Origin: Anaerolineales bacterium
GTDB taxonomy: Bacteria; Chloroflexota; Anaerolineae; Anaerolineales; UBA6663
Length of the DNA stretch: 35,584 nt
Reading direction: 5' to 3'
Assembly: GCA_025057205.1 (NCBI GenBank)
Contig: JANWXR010000003.1
Span: forward strand, 1 to 35,584
Shown here: positions 24,475 to 32,224 of the stretch, in pieces
Numbering within the stretch: the first letter of the stretch is position 1
Layout: the number at the start of each line of letters is the position of its first letter
Made by a program: the position numbers and the translations under genes
Notes under the pieces: generated by a model
Database searches by the model: none
What the model saw: only the letters and a program-made list of their open reading frames with translations
Told to the model about the DNA's origin: nothing

Positions 24475-25398
24475 TCATGGGACGTTGGCCTCGCCCGGGT
24501 TCTCGCGCAGCTCGATCACCGGTGCTGCGCCGCTGCCCGCGCTGATGATCCACTTGCTGTTGTTCTTGAGCTCCTGCGCCGTCAGGTATTCGAGGTACTG
24601 CGCGGCGATCTCCGGATGCCGGCTCAGCTCACCAAGCAGCAGGCGCACCGACTCCCGTTGCGCTTGAGCGCGCTGCTGAATCTGATAGGCCTCGGCGTCG
24701 GCCTGTTTCTGCGCGGCGTAGAACTCGGCATCGGCCAGCGTGCGCTGCCGGGCGGCCTCGGCCTCGGCCTGCTCCTGCCGTTGCACGGCCACCATCCGGT
24801 CTTCGATGGCCTGCACGACGTTGGCCGGCGGCTCGGCGCTCTGAATCTGCACGGTGATGAATCGGACGCCGTATTGTTGCTCCTTCGCCCGCAGCTCGGC
24901 CAGCATGGTCTCGTTGAAGTCGGCGCGGGCGCCCATCATATCGGCCATGGTGCGGGTGTTGGTCACGTCGCGCAGCTTGCCCTGCACGAACTCGAAGAGG
25001 ATGCGTTCGGGGTCAGCCACGTTGAGGGCGTAGGTACGCGGGTCGGTGACGCGGTAGGTGTATTGGAGCGAGACCACCATCGAGAGGTTGTCGGCGGTGA
25101 CGGCATTGATGCGCTCGACGTAGCCCAAACGCTCGCGCACCTCGACAATGATGACGGTATCCACCAGCGGAATTCGGACGTGCCAACCCGGCTCGTTGAC
25201 AGCCAGGAAGCGCCCGCCGCGCAGGTGCAGGCCGCGCTCGTACTCATGAACCTTGTAGATGGCGCTCTGCCCAACGACAAGCAGCACAGCCAGCAACACC
25301 ACGGCGGCAAGGAAAACGACGGCTAACCGGAAAAGCAAATTGATGGTGGAAACGAAGGAGCGGCGTGGAGCCGCTGCGGGAGGGGTAGCAGTGGTCAT
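24475..25398 (-). CDS. SPFH/band-7 (prohibitin/HflC-like) membrane protein
   Basis: The start is taken at ATG 25398 (MTTATPP). A TM anchor is followed by an SPFH core (YERGLHLRGGRFLAVNEPGWHVRIPLVDTVIIVEVRE...) and a coiled-coil AEAEAARQ region. Confidence 0.9.
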   Translation of the reverse strand: MTTATPPAAAPRRSFVSTINLLFRLAVVFLAAVVLLAVLLVVGQSAIYKVHEYERGLHLRGGRFLAVNEPGWHVRIPLVDTVIIVEVRERLGYVERINAVTADNLSMVVSLQYTYRVTDPRTYALNVADPERILFEFVQGKLRDVTNTRTMADMMGARADFNETMLAELRAKEQQYGVRFITVQIQSAEPPANVVQAIEDRMVAVQRQEQAEAEAARQRTLADAEFYAAQKQADAEAYQIQQRAQAQRESVRLLLGELSRHPEIAAQYLEYLTAQELKNNSKWIISAGSGAAPVIELRENPGEANVP

Positions 25399-25655
25399 AT
25401 CAGTGACTCTCCTGAGAATGAGGCTCATGTACAGCCCAAGTGCAAAAGCCAGACGCGCCAAGCACGCGGCACACTTGTCCTGGACACAAACCGAGAATGA
25501 TTTGACCGGTATGACGAAGGATCAGGCGGAAGGGTGACTCAAACCAGCGACGCCGGTGGAGTCAGAACAATCCCTTACACTTTACGAAATATCGTCCAGT
25601 TGTTTCTTCAAGGCTCTGAGCGTGTCCCAGGCTGATAACCTGCTGAAGGCCGTAG

Positions 25656-25778
25656 GTAACTGCTCAGGTCATAATCGCCGATAGGCTGGGGAATCCACAG
25701 ATGTCGCAGATTGTCACGGATTCTTTTCTGCGAAAATCTGCGTAATCTGTGGATCAATCAGACAAGCTGAGCAGTTAC
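25656..25778 (+). mobile_element. 123-bp MITE, copy A, with 12-bp perfect terminal inverted repeats and an 8-bp target-site duplication
   Basis: The TIRs are GTAACTGCTCAG (25656-25667) and CTGAGCAGTTAC (25767-25778). GGCCGTAG flanks both ends (25648-25655 and 25779-25786). The internal palindrome is ATCCACAGAT...ATCTGTGGAT. Confidence 0.75.
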
Positions 25779-25995
25779 GGCCGTAGAAGTAAATCAAGAC
25801 TCCGAAGAACCCGACCGGCAGCAGCAACAGCACCGATGACAGGACATAGCCGCCCAACCCGACCAGCGTCAGAATTTTGCCTATCAATATCCCACTTCTG
25901 GCCGAATCCTGCCGAGCCTTCAAGCCCCTGATTTCTTCCTCGAGAGTCTTCGCCGCCGAAGCGATCTTGCACCGATCAATTGGAAAGTTTTCCAT
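25714..25995 (-). CDS. Small membrane protein with its C-terminus replaced by MITE-derived sequence
   Basis: The start is taken at ATG 25995 (MENFPIDRCKIASAAKTLEEEIRGLKARQ), followed by two hydrophobic segments. After ...IYFYGR the reading frame enters MITE copy A. Removing the MITE and one TSD restores an ORF ending at 25562 (..FYGLQQVISLGHAQSLEETTGRYFVKCKGLF*). Confidence 0.4.
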   Translation of the reverse strand: MENFPIDRCKIASAAKTLEEEIRGLKARQDSARSGILIGKILTLVGLGGYVLSSVLLLLPVGFFGVLIYFYGRNCSACLIDPQITQIFAEKNP

Positions 25996-26097
25996 TGTGC
26001 CCCCACCTCTCACAAAGGATAGTCTGCGCTTCAGAAGTGCCCACGATTGACCTCGATATACGCGCAATGGCCGGTGGTGTCAATCTCTCAACGGTCA

Positions 26098-28053
26098 TCA
26101 CCTGAAGATGACGTCCACAATCCAGTAATCACCGCGCCCGTTGTTGAGCAGCAGCGAACGCCCATCCGGCATTAGGGCGAAGTAGGCGTCCCAGTGCTCC
26201 TGGCTCAGGTCCACCACCTGCCCGCCGACCACGTCCACAGCGATGATGCGCCGCCCGTCCTGCGGGTACGTCTGCACGAAAATCGCGCGACCATCCGGCG
26301 TCCACTGCGGCGGGTCGGTCACATCACGAGGCGCGACGGCAACGATCAGCTGCTCCGTTCCATCGGCGGCGAACACATGCAGCCACACCGAGCGCAGGTT
26401 GTTTGGGTCGCGGTCAATCACCGCCAGCCGGTCACCGCTGACCGACCAGGCCATCTCCGCCGGTTGCAACCCATCGATTCGGGTCACAGCCTCGGTGCTC
26501 AGGTCGAGCAAGCACAACGCGTTATCGCAGACGAAGGCCACGCGCTCGCCGCCGGGCGCGGGCCGGGGCGCGAAGCCGGGCAGCGCCACGCCAGAAAGGT
26601 CGGCTATAAGCTTCGAGTCGCCGCCGGCGTAGGGCGCGCGCCACAGCCGACCGTCCGAAAAGAACCAGACGCCGTCTGCCGTCAGGCCGGGCAGTTGCGG
26701 CGAGGCCAGGCCGGTCGCCAGATTGTTGGGCAGGAAGTGCTCGACTTCCACGTAAGACGAAACGGAAGGGACGCTATCTCGCGTGACGACGGTGATGGCG
26801 AACGGGCTGGCAGGGTCTGCGGCGAGTGCGTCCGGGTCAACCCGCGTGTAGACGATGTACCGGCCATCAGGCGAGAAGCCGTACTCGCGGATGTCTCCCG
26901 GCGCGCCGACGGCCACCGGCGCTGCGCCGTTGAAAGGGACGAGCCAAAGCTGCCGGCGCACCGCGTCCGTCTCAATCGCCACCAAGAAGGCGCTGCCGTC
27001 CGGCGCAACCGTCAGCCGCTCCACGCGCACGCTCTCCCAGAGCCAGTGTGCAGGGTTGGCTTCATCGAGGCGATTGGCGTCCGGGTGCAGCTGCGCCTGC
27101 CGCACCGCGCCCAGACGGATGGGCGAGGCTTCCGTGGCGAACGGCTGGCCTGGGAAGGCGAGGTGCTCGCTGCGCAATCGTTGCAGGCCGTCCTCCGTCC
27201 ACGCGCTCTGCCAGAACCCGCCGAAGTTGATGAGCGGGCGCAGCAGCGGGACGGGGTAGACGCGCGAGGAACCGTCGGCGTAGATGAAGCGCGTGGTGAC
27301 CAGCGCCACGTTGTTCTGGGTCGGGTGCAGGCCGACGCGCAGGATTTCATAGCGCTCCAGCGGCGAGTTCGGGTCGAGCGGCGACAGGCCACGCTCGCCG
27401 ATGAGCCGATCCAGATAGGGCCGGAGCGTGGCCGCCGGGTCGCCGGCAATAAGAAAGCCGTTCTTGAACGGAAGGCGCGGGTCGTAGCTGTAGCCGCCGA
27501 CCACTCGGTAATACAGACCGACCGGGTTGGGCAGCAAGGAGAACGGCATGATGAAGCTGACGAGCAGCAGCGTCGCCAGCGCTGCACCGAGGAGCGTGGG
27601 CAGCAAGCCCTTGCGCGTAAAGATAAAGAGCGCGCCGACGACGAACAACGAGCCGGCCAGCCAGGGCAGCGCCGGCAGCCAGGGCGAGGGCGGCGACAGG
27701 CGGGTCGGCGGGAGGGTGAGGCCCGGCTCCAGCGCGGCGGGCGCCAGCGTCCCCCCACCCTGTGCCAGCGCCTGCACTTGCAACCCGAACAGCCAGATGA
27801 GCGCGCCCAGCCCGGCCAGCGTCACCTCGCCCAGACGCGCCAGCCCAGCGCGTGGGATGGGGAACCGGTCGAAGTGCAACGCACGGCGCGGTCGGATATC
27901 GCAGATGGCGGTCAGCGCAGCATCCTGCCGGTCGAAGGCGGCCAGCGTCGCGCGGCACTCAGCGCAAACGTCGAGGTGCGCGTCCACCTGTCGGCGCTCC
28001 CCGGGCGTCAGGTCGCGGTAGCAGGCCAGTTGCTCGTGAACGTGCTCAGTCAT
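26098..28053 (-). CDS. Anti-sigma factor: zf-HC2, TM region and large extracytoplasmic beta-propeller-like domain
   Basis: The N-terminus carries HLDVCAECR (H-x3-C-x2-C), followed by TM segments. The C-terminal region has TolB/WD40-like repeats (SPDGRYIVYTR, TPDGRAIFVQ, MPDGRSLLLNN). Confidence 0.85.
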   Translation of the reverse strand: MTEHVHEQLACYRDLTPGERRQVDAHLDVCAECRATLAAFDRQDAALTAICDIRPRRALHFDRFPIPRAGLARLGEVTLAGLGALIWLFGLQVQALAQGGGTLAPAALEPGLTLPPTRLSPPSPWLPALPWLAGSLFVVGALFIFTRKGLLPTLLGAALATLLLVSFIMPFSLLPNPVGLYYRVVGGYSYDPRLPFKNGFLIAGDPAATLRPYLDRLIGERGLSPLDPNSPLERYEILRVGLHPTQNNVALVTTRFIYADGSSRVYPVPLLRPLINFGGFWQSAWTEDGLQRLRSEHLAFPGQPFATEASPIRLGAVRQAQLHPDANRLDEANPAHWLWESVRVERLTVAPDGSAFLVAIETDAVRRQLWLVPFNGAAPVAVGAPGDIREYGFSPDGRYIVYTRVDPDALAADPASPFAITVVTRDSVPSVSSYVEVEHFLPNNLATGLASPQLPGLTADGVWFFSDGRLWRAPYAGGDSKLIADLSGVALPGFAPRPAPGGERVAFVCDNALCLLDLSTEAVTRIDGLQPAEMAWSVSGDRLAVIDRDPNNLRSVWLHVFAADGTEQLIVAVAPRDVTDPPQWTPDGRAIFVQTYPQDGRRIIAVDVVGGQVVDLSQEHWDAYFALMPDGRSLLLNNGRGDYWIVDVIFR

Positions 28054-28090
28054 CGGGACTCATCACGGGTGTTTAGGAACACGCACGGGT

Positions 28091-28144
28091 AACACGAATG
28101 AACACGAATAAAGGCGAATGAACACGAATAAGCGCGAATGAATG
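28091..28144. repeat. Five exact 10-bp-phased units NNCGAATRAA
   Basis: The plus strand reads aacacgaatg aacacgaata aaggcgaatg aacacgaata agcgcgaatg aatg. Confidence 0.9.
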
Positions 28145-28279
28145 TTGTAAGCGTTTAGATGATCGTATGCTTCCAGCGGATGCGAAGCGGAAACGCGGAT
28201 AGGCGCGGCGCCATCTCCGTTTTTGCGCTTGAAAATCTACCGGAAAGCAGGCGCCGGATGCCACCAACTTTCGATTTCC

Positions 28280-28478
28280 CATTCGTGACCATTCGCATTC
28301 ATTCGTGACCATTCGTGCTCTCATTCAATCGCGTCTATTCACATTCACATTCCCATTCGTTACCATTCGTATCCATTCGTGACCATTCGTGTTCCCATTC
28401 ACGCACGTCTCTCATTCGCATTTGTGGCCATTCGCTTTCATTCATGGCCATTCATGTTCCCAGCCGTGAGCATTCGTG
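28280..28478. repeat. About 18 copies of CATTC(G/A), mostly at 10-bp spacing, the reverse complement of the 28091-28144 units
   Basis: The plus strand reads ccattcgtga ccattcgcat tcattcgtga ccattcgtgc ... cattcgtgtt. It fills the space between the sigma-factor stop (28480) and a unique core of about 135 bp. Confidence 0.9.
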
Positions 28479-28479
28479 T

Positions 28480-29076
28480 TTACAGCCTCTCATACGCCTC
28501 CCGCAGCTGCCGCCGGGCGCGCACCGGACGCTGCTTCACCGCATCCGTCGAAAGATTCAGGGTCGCAGCAATCTCAGCCACGCTGAACGACTGGCAGATG
28601 TACAGCACCAGCAGCGCACGGTATTCTTCGGAGAGTTTGAGCAGGGCACGGCGCATCTTCTGCGCTTCGATCGGATCGCCCTCGGGCGCTTTGGCCAACA
28701 GTGCCGGCTCGTGGTCTTCGTCGGCGAAGAAGGGCAACCAGGCCAACAGCCGGGCGCGGCGGATGTGGTCACGGGCCAGGTTGGTGGCGATGCGGTACAG
28801 CCAGGCGCGTGGGTTCCGCACGTCGAACAGGCGATGGCGCGCGTGCCAAGCGCGGGTGAAGGTCTCCTGCGTCAGGTCCTCGGCCAGCGACGGGTCGCCC
28901 AACAAACGATAGAGATAGTTCAGGAGAGGCCGCTCGTACTCGGTAAAGAGCCGCTCGCACAAGGCCTGCACGGCGCGCGCATCCGGCTCGGTGGAGGCAT
29001 TCACGACGTGGACGCTCCGGAGTGGCAGCTTCGTGGGGTGTAACCGGGCCGGCGACCCATCCAAGCTCAGCGTCAT
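28480..29076 (-). CDS. ECF (group IV) RNA polymerase sigma factor
   Basis: The start is taken at ATG 29076. Region 2 is LLNYLYRLLGDPSLAEDLTQETFTRAW...AWLYRIATNLARDHIR. Region 4 is EEYRALLVLYICQSFSVAEIAATLNLSTDAVKQRPVRARRQLR. Confidence 0.9.
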   Translation of the reverse strand: MTLSLDGSPARLHPTKLPLRSVHVVNASTEPDARAVQALCERLFTEYERPLLNYLYRLLGDPSLAEDLTQETFTRAWHARHRLFDVRNPRAWLYRIATNLARDHIRRARLLAWLPFFADEDHEPALLAKAPEGDPIEAQKMRRALLKLSEEYRALLVLYICQSFSVAEIAATLNLSTDAVKQRPVRARRQLREAYERL

Positions 29077-29529
29077 CTCTATACAAGTATGACGCGCCGG
29101 CCCCGGCCTCAGTGACGAGATCATACCAAATACCAAACGCTCCGCCGGTAAATTCATGTAAAATGGCGGCACTCCAACGCCGAAAGGAAAGACCATGACA
29201 AAACAATATGCCACGCCTCCGGCGCTCACGATTGACCCAACGAAGAAGTAGGTGCGTAGCGCCGCCCTGGTCGTACTCACTGCGCCCTTACTGTGACCCC
29301 GCCCTCCTGCCCGCATTGGCCGAGTTGGTGCACGACCCCGAACTGGAGGTACGCTACTCAGAGGCGCGAACCATTGGCTGGTGCTGGGAAATGCTGCAAG
29401 TGATTTACTGGACTCTGGCAAATGGAACTTTTGGTGCCAGACATAGCGGCTTGATGCTTTGCCTGACCGCCATATCTTGTGTCCGAGCCGGGATTTGCCA
29501 GACTCCAGTCAGTTATCTATCTCCCCCTT

Positions 29530-31509
29530 ATGCCCCACCGCTCCGTCCTCTATGAACTCATCGTGCACCTCGATACCGGCCAGTGGGGCGTCAGCGTCCC
29601 GTTGGATCAATCGCTCATTGGCCCGGTGAGCTACGGCTGGGATCGGTATCAGAAAGACCCCGAGTCGCTGACCTTCGGCGGCGGGCTGCTGGCCGGCTCA
29701 CCCCTGCCCGGCACACGACGGATGATCTTCTGCGGTTACTCGCCGCAGTGGGAGGACTTCTACGTCTCGGCTCTTGGCGGCGCCATGTATGTCATGCGCC
29801 GTCTCGGCGTGAACTATGTCTGGCTGCGTGGACGTGCGCCGGTGGACTCGGTGCTCCTCCTGAACTTGAAGAACGGCGAGTACAGCGTTCGCCTTGAGCC
29901 AATTGACGCGGACGCACTCTGGCGCGGCTATACTGATGCCACCGGGCGCACCTGGGAGGGCTTCTACGCACTGCAACAGGCGGTCTTTGAGAAATACAAG
30001 AGCAACTACGAAGGCGACTGGCTGCGCGTGCTGGCCGTCGGCCCGGCGGCACGCTACACCAAAGAAGGCGCCATCGGCAGCAGCCAGGTCAAGCGCGGCG
30101 TGCTCTCACACATTGACGACTGGGCCGGGCGCGGCGGCCTCGGCTCGCGGCTGCTGCAGCATCACCGCATCGCAGCCATCGTCTTCGGCGGCGACTGGCA
30201 AGACCCGGCGATGAGGGAAGGGAAGGAGCTGGACCAATACTTCCTCGAGCGCTTCGGCATGAAGGCTATTCAGGCCGACCTGATGCTGGCGGAGAAGTAC
30301 CGTTACGTTCCCAAGTTCCAGACCGGCGGCACTTTCGGCGTAAACATGCACACCGCCAACGACCGGCTGCTGGCCTTCAACTACCGTTCAATCTACGCGT
30401 CAGAAAAGGCGCGGCTTGACCTGCATGATAACTTTATCCTCGATCACTACCTCCGGCAATTCAACGAGGAGACCATCAGACCCAGGAACTTCGACCATTG
30501 CGGCGAACCATGTGCAGTAGCGTGTAAGAAGTTCTTTGGCGAGTACAAGAAGGACTACGAGCCATACGCCGCGCTGGGGCCGTTGTGCGGCGTCTTCGAC
30601 CAGCGCGCCGCCGAGCGGCTGAACAAGTATGTGGACACCATGGGCCTCGACGCAATCCAGGCGGGCGGCATGGTGGCTTGGATCATGGAATTGATTGCTG
30701 AGGGCCTGATCCCACCGGGAGACTTCGGGCTACCGGAGGACGGGCCAAGAGGGTTCACGTCCATCCGTGATAGAGGAACCGGGGGAGAGGGCCGACTGCC
30801 AACCCCTGCCGACTTCGATGTCGTCCGCGACTCTGCCCACAACGCCGATTACGCGATCGCCATCGTGAAGATGATTCTCTTCGACGAGCGCGGCGCTGTA
30901 TTCCGCCAGGGGATACGCGCTGCCGCCAAAACCCTCGACAGGCTTTACGGTATCAACAGCATAAACCGCACAGCCTATACCGCCCACGGCGCAACAGGCT
31001 GCATGGTTCCCAACCAGTACTGGACCCCGGGCATGCTCGCACCCATGCCGCTGATGGGCAAATACTTCTCCTTCTACGAAAACAAGTTCTACCCGCCGCG
31101 CGCGCTAGGGCGGAAGAACGTCGAGCGCTTCGTCTACGAATTGTATTCGGAGAACACCGGCGCTTGCCGCTTCCATCGCAAGTGGACGGAGGAGCTGATT
31201 GCTGAAATTGTGACTGCCCACTTCCTGCTGCCCGACCTCGACTACTGGCAGATGAACTTCAACCTGGCCAAAGCTATTCATGACCATCAGTCGGCGCGCG
31301 GCGTGATGTGGGAGAGCGAGCGGGTGGTAGACATGGTTTACGGGTTCCTGCAGAACTGGGAAATAGATGGCTTAAAGGAGCCGGAGTTGCTAGACTGGCT
31401 GGCCCGCTTCCGCCATGACAAATGGCAAGCCGCCCGCGACTTCTGGCAGGAGATGTATGCCGGTATGAGCGAGGCTTTCGCCGAAGGCTTCCCGGAGCCG
31501 AAACCCTGA
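29530..31509 (+). CDS. Divergent aldehyde:ferredoxin oxidoreductase (AOR) family paralogue
   Basis: The start is taken at ATG 29530 (MPHRSVLYELIVHLD). It is alignable with the canonical AOR at 32225-34048: GTRRMIF, SALGGAMYVMRRLG, WAGRGGLGS, DYEPYAALGP, DTMGLDAIQAG and TGACRF. The cluster motif is HCGEPCAVAC (C-x3-C-x3-C) instead of C-x2-C-x3-C, and SPLTG is replaced by SPQWE. Confidence 0.85.
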   Translation: MPHRSVLYELIVHLDTGQWGVSVPLDQSLIGPVSYGWDRYQKDPESLTFGGGLLAGSPLPGTRRMIFCGYSPQWEDFYVSALGGAMYVMRRLGVNYVWLRGRAPVDSVLLLNLKNGEYSVRLEPIDADALWRGYTDATGRTWEGFYALQQAVFEKYKSNYEGDWLRVLAVGPAARYTKEGAIGSSQVKRGVLSHIDDWAGRGGLGSRLLQHHRIAAIVFGGDWQDPAMREGKELDQYFLERFGMKAIQADLMLAEKYRYVPKFQTGGTFGVNMHTANDRLLAFNYRSIYASEKARLDLHDNFILDHYLRQFNEETIRPRNFDHCGEPCAVACKKFFGEYKKDYEPYAALGPLCGVFDQRAAERLNKYVDTMGLDAIQAGGMVAWIMELIAEGLIPPGDFGLPEDGPRGFTSIRDRGTGGEGRLPTPADFDVVRDSAHNADYAIAIVKMILFDERGAVFRQGIRAAAKTLDRLYGINSINRTAYTAHGATGCMVPNQYWTPGMLAPMPLMGKYFSFYENKFYPPRALGRKNVERFVYELYSENTGACRFHRKWTEELIAEIVTAHFLLPDLDYWQMNFNLAKAIHDHQSARGVMWESERVVDMVYGFLQNWEIDGLKEPELLDWLARFRHDKWQAARDFWQEMYAGMSEAFAEGFPEPKP

Positions 31510-31599
31510 GCCCCATCAAACCCGGACGTTCACGGTGCCACGAAATGCCGCTACAAGGCCTTGAACCGGTTACGGCTACGACTACAATTTTTAAAAGCC

Positions 31600-31878
31600 A
31601 TGAGGATCAACTTCTACGCCACCCTGCGCCCCATCGTCGGCGGCAAGAGCATTGAGTTCCCGGAGGCCGTCGGCCTAACCGTGCTTCAGACGTTGGAAGC
31701 GCTGGTCGCGCGTTATCCCGGCCTGAAGGAAGAACTCTATCGCAGCGACGGGACGCTCTACCCCCACATCCACTTTTTCATCAACGGGCGGGACGCTGAG
31801 TTTCTGGAAGAGGGCCTGAACTACGTCATTCAGCCCAACGACACCATCAACATCTTCCCGCCGGTCGGTGGTGGTTGA
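31600..31878 (+). CDS. MoaD/ThiS-family ubiquitin-like sulfur-carrier protein (C-terminal GG)
   Basis: 92 aa. The sequence runs MRINFYATLRPIVGGK...YPHIHFFINGRD...IQPNDTINIFPPVGGG* and ends in Gly-Gly. Confidence 0.8.
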   Translation: MRINFYATLRPIVGGKSIEFPEAVGLTVLQTLEALVARYPGLKEELYRSDGTLYPHIHFFINGRDAEFLEEGLNYVIQPNDTINIFPPVGGG

Positions 31879-32137
31879 CGTGCCGCTAATCGTGCACGAC
31901 ATACGCGACATCCCGCTCTGGCTGCTGCGCGAGGATCTGCTGGAGATGGGCGGCACCGCGACCGTTGAGGACGAGATCACCGGCAAGGGCTGGCGTGTAC
32001 GCCCGACGCCGCTGGAACCGTTCCGCCTCGGCTTACTGGAGGTCGGCCAGGTGCGGCTGGAGATCGAAGTGGACGACAACCGCGAGGCGGAATTTCGCGA
32101 GCGCTTCGCCAAGAAGACATTTCGCGCCCGCGGCTGA
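31868..32137 (+). CDS. Small hypothetical protein, start overlapping the MoaD-like stop
   Basis: An 89-codon ORF with GTG starts at 31868 or 31877, overlapping the TGA at 31876-31878. I recognise no family. Codon usage looks genuine, and it is followed by a strong hairpin. Confidence 0.45.
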   Translation: MVVDVPLIVHDIRDIPLWLLREDLLEMGGTATVEDEITGKGWRVRPTPLEPFRLGLLEVGQVRLEIEVDDNREAEFRERFAKKTFRARG

Positions 32138-32162
32138 GCACGCTGGGCGTGACAGACAAACG

Positions 32163-32189
32163 ACGACGCGCCCCGCTGGGGCGCGTCGT
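32163..32189. terminator. Bidirectional hairpin terminator between convergent genes
   Basis: ACGACGCGCCCC-gct-GGGGCGCGTCGT is a 12-bp perfect stem, followed by TTTCAATT on the plus strand and CGTTTGTC on the minus strand. Confidence 0.6.
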
Positions 32190-32224
32190 TTCAATTCGCC
32201 GGCAGCGACAGCCTATTCAGCGTA

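Noticed and set aside
26194-28092. 632-aa plus-strand ORF opposite the anti-sigma gene, and 1035-2231 (398 aa) opposite the HD and SanA-like genes.
   Set aside because: Same shadow-ORF reasoning. The opposite strand carries zf-HC2/TM/beta-propeller or HD/DUF218 signatures, and the 1035-2231 ORF would span two independent minus-strand genes.
28091-28478. Possible CRISPR array, because of the many regularly spaced short repeats.
   Set aside because: The units are only 7-10 bp and contiguous, with no 25-40-bp spacers. No cas genes are present. The periodicity is one helical turn, not a repeat-spacer period.
28073-29043. ORFs running through the CATTCG repeat spacer (28073-28324 minus; 28315-29043 and 28379-28912 plus).
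   Set aside because: The peptides are direct translations of the 10-bp repeats (HSHSHSLPFVSIRDHSCSHS...) or antisense to the ECF sigma gene. They are not credible proteins.
29194-29555. An 18-codon mini-ORF with an AAAGGAAAG upstream sequence (29194-29250), and a 115-aa ORF containing a HEAT-like stretch (LAELVHDPELEVRYSEARTIG).
   Set aside because: They are too short or degenerate to support. They lie in the divergent sigma/AOR promoter region, and the 115-aa ORF overlaps the AOR paralogue start. At most it is a relic of a HEAT-repeat gene.
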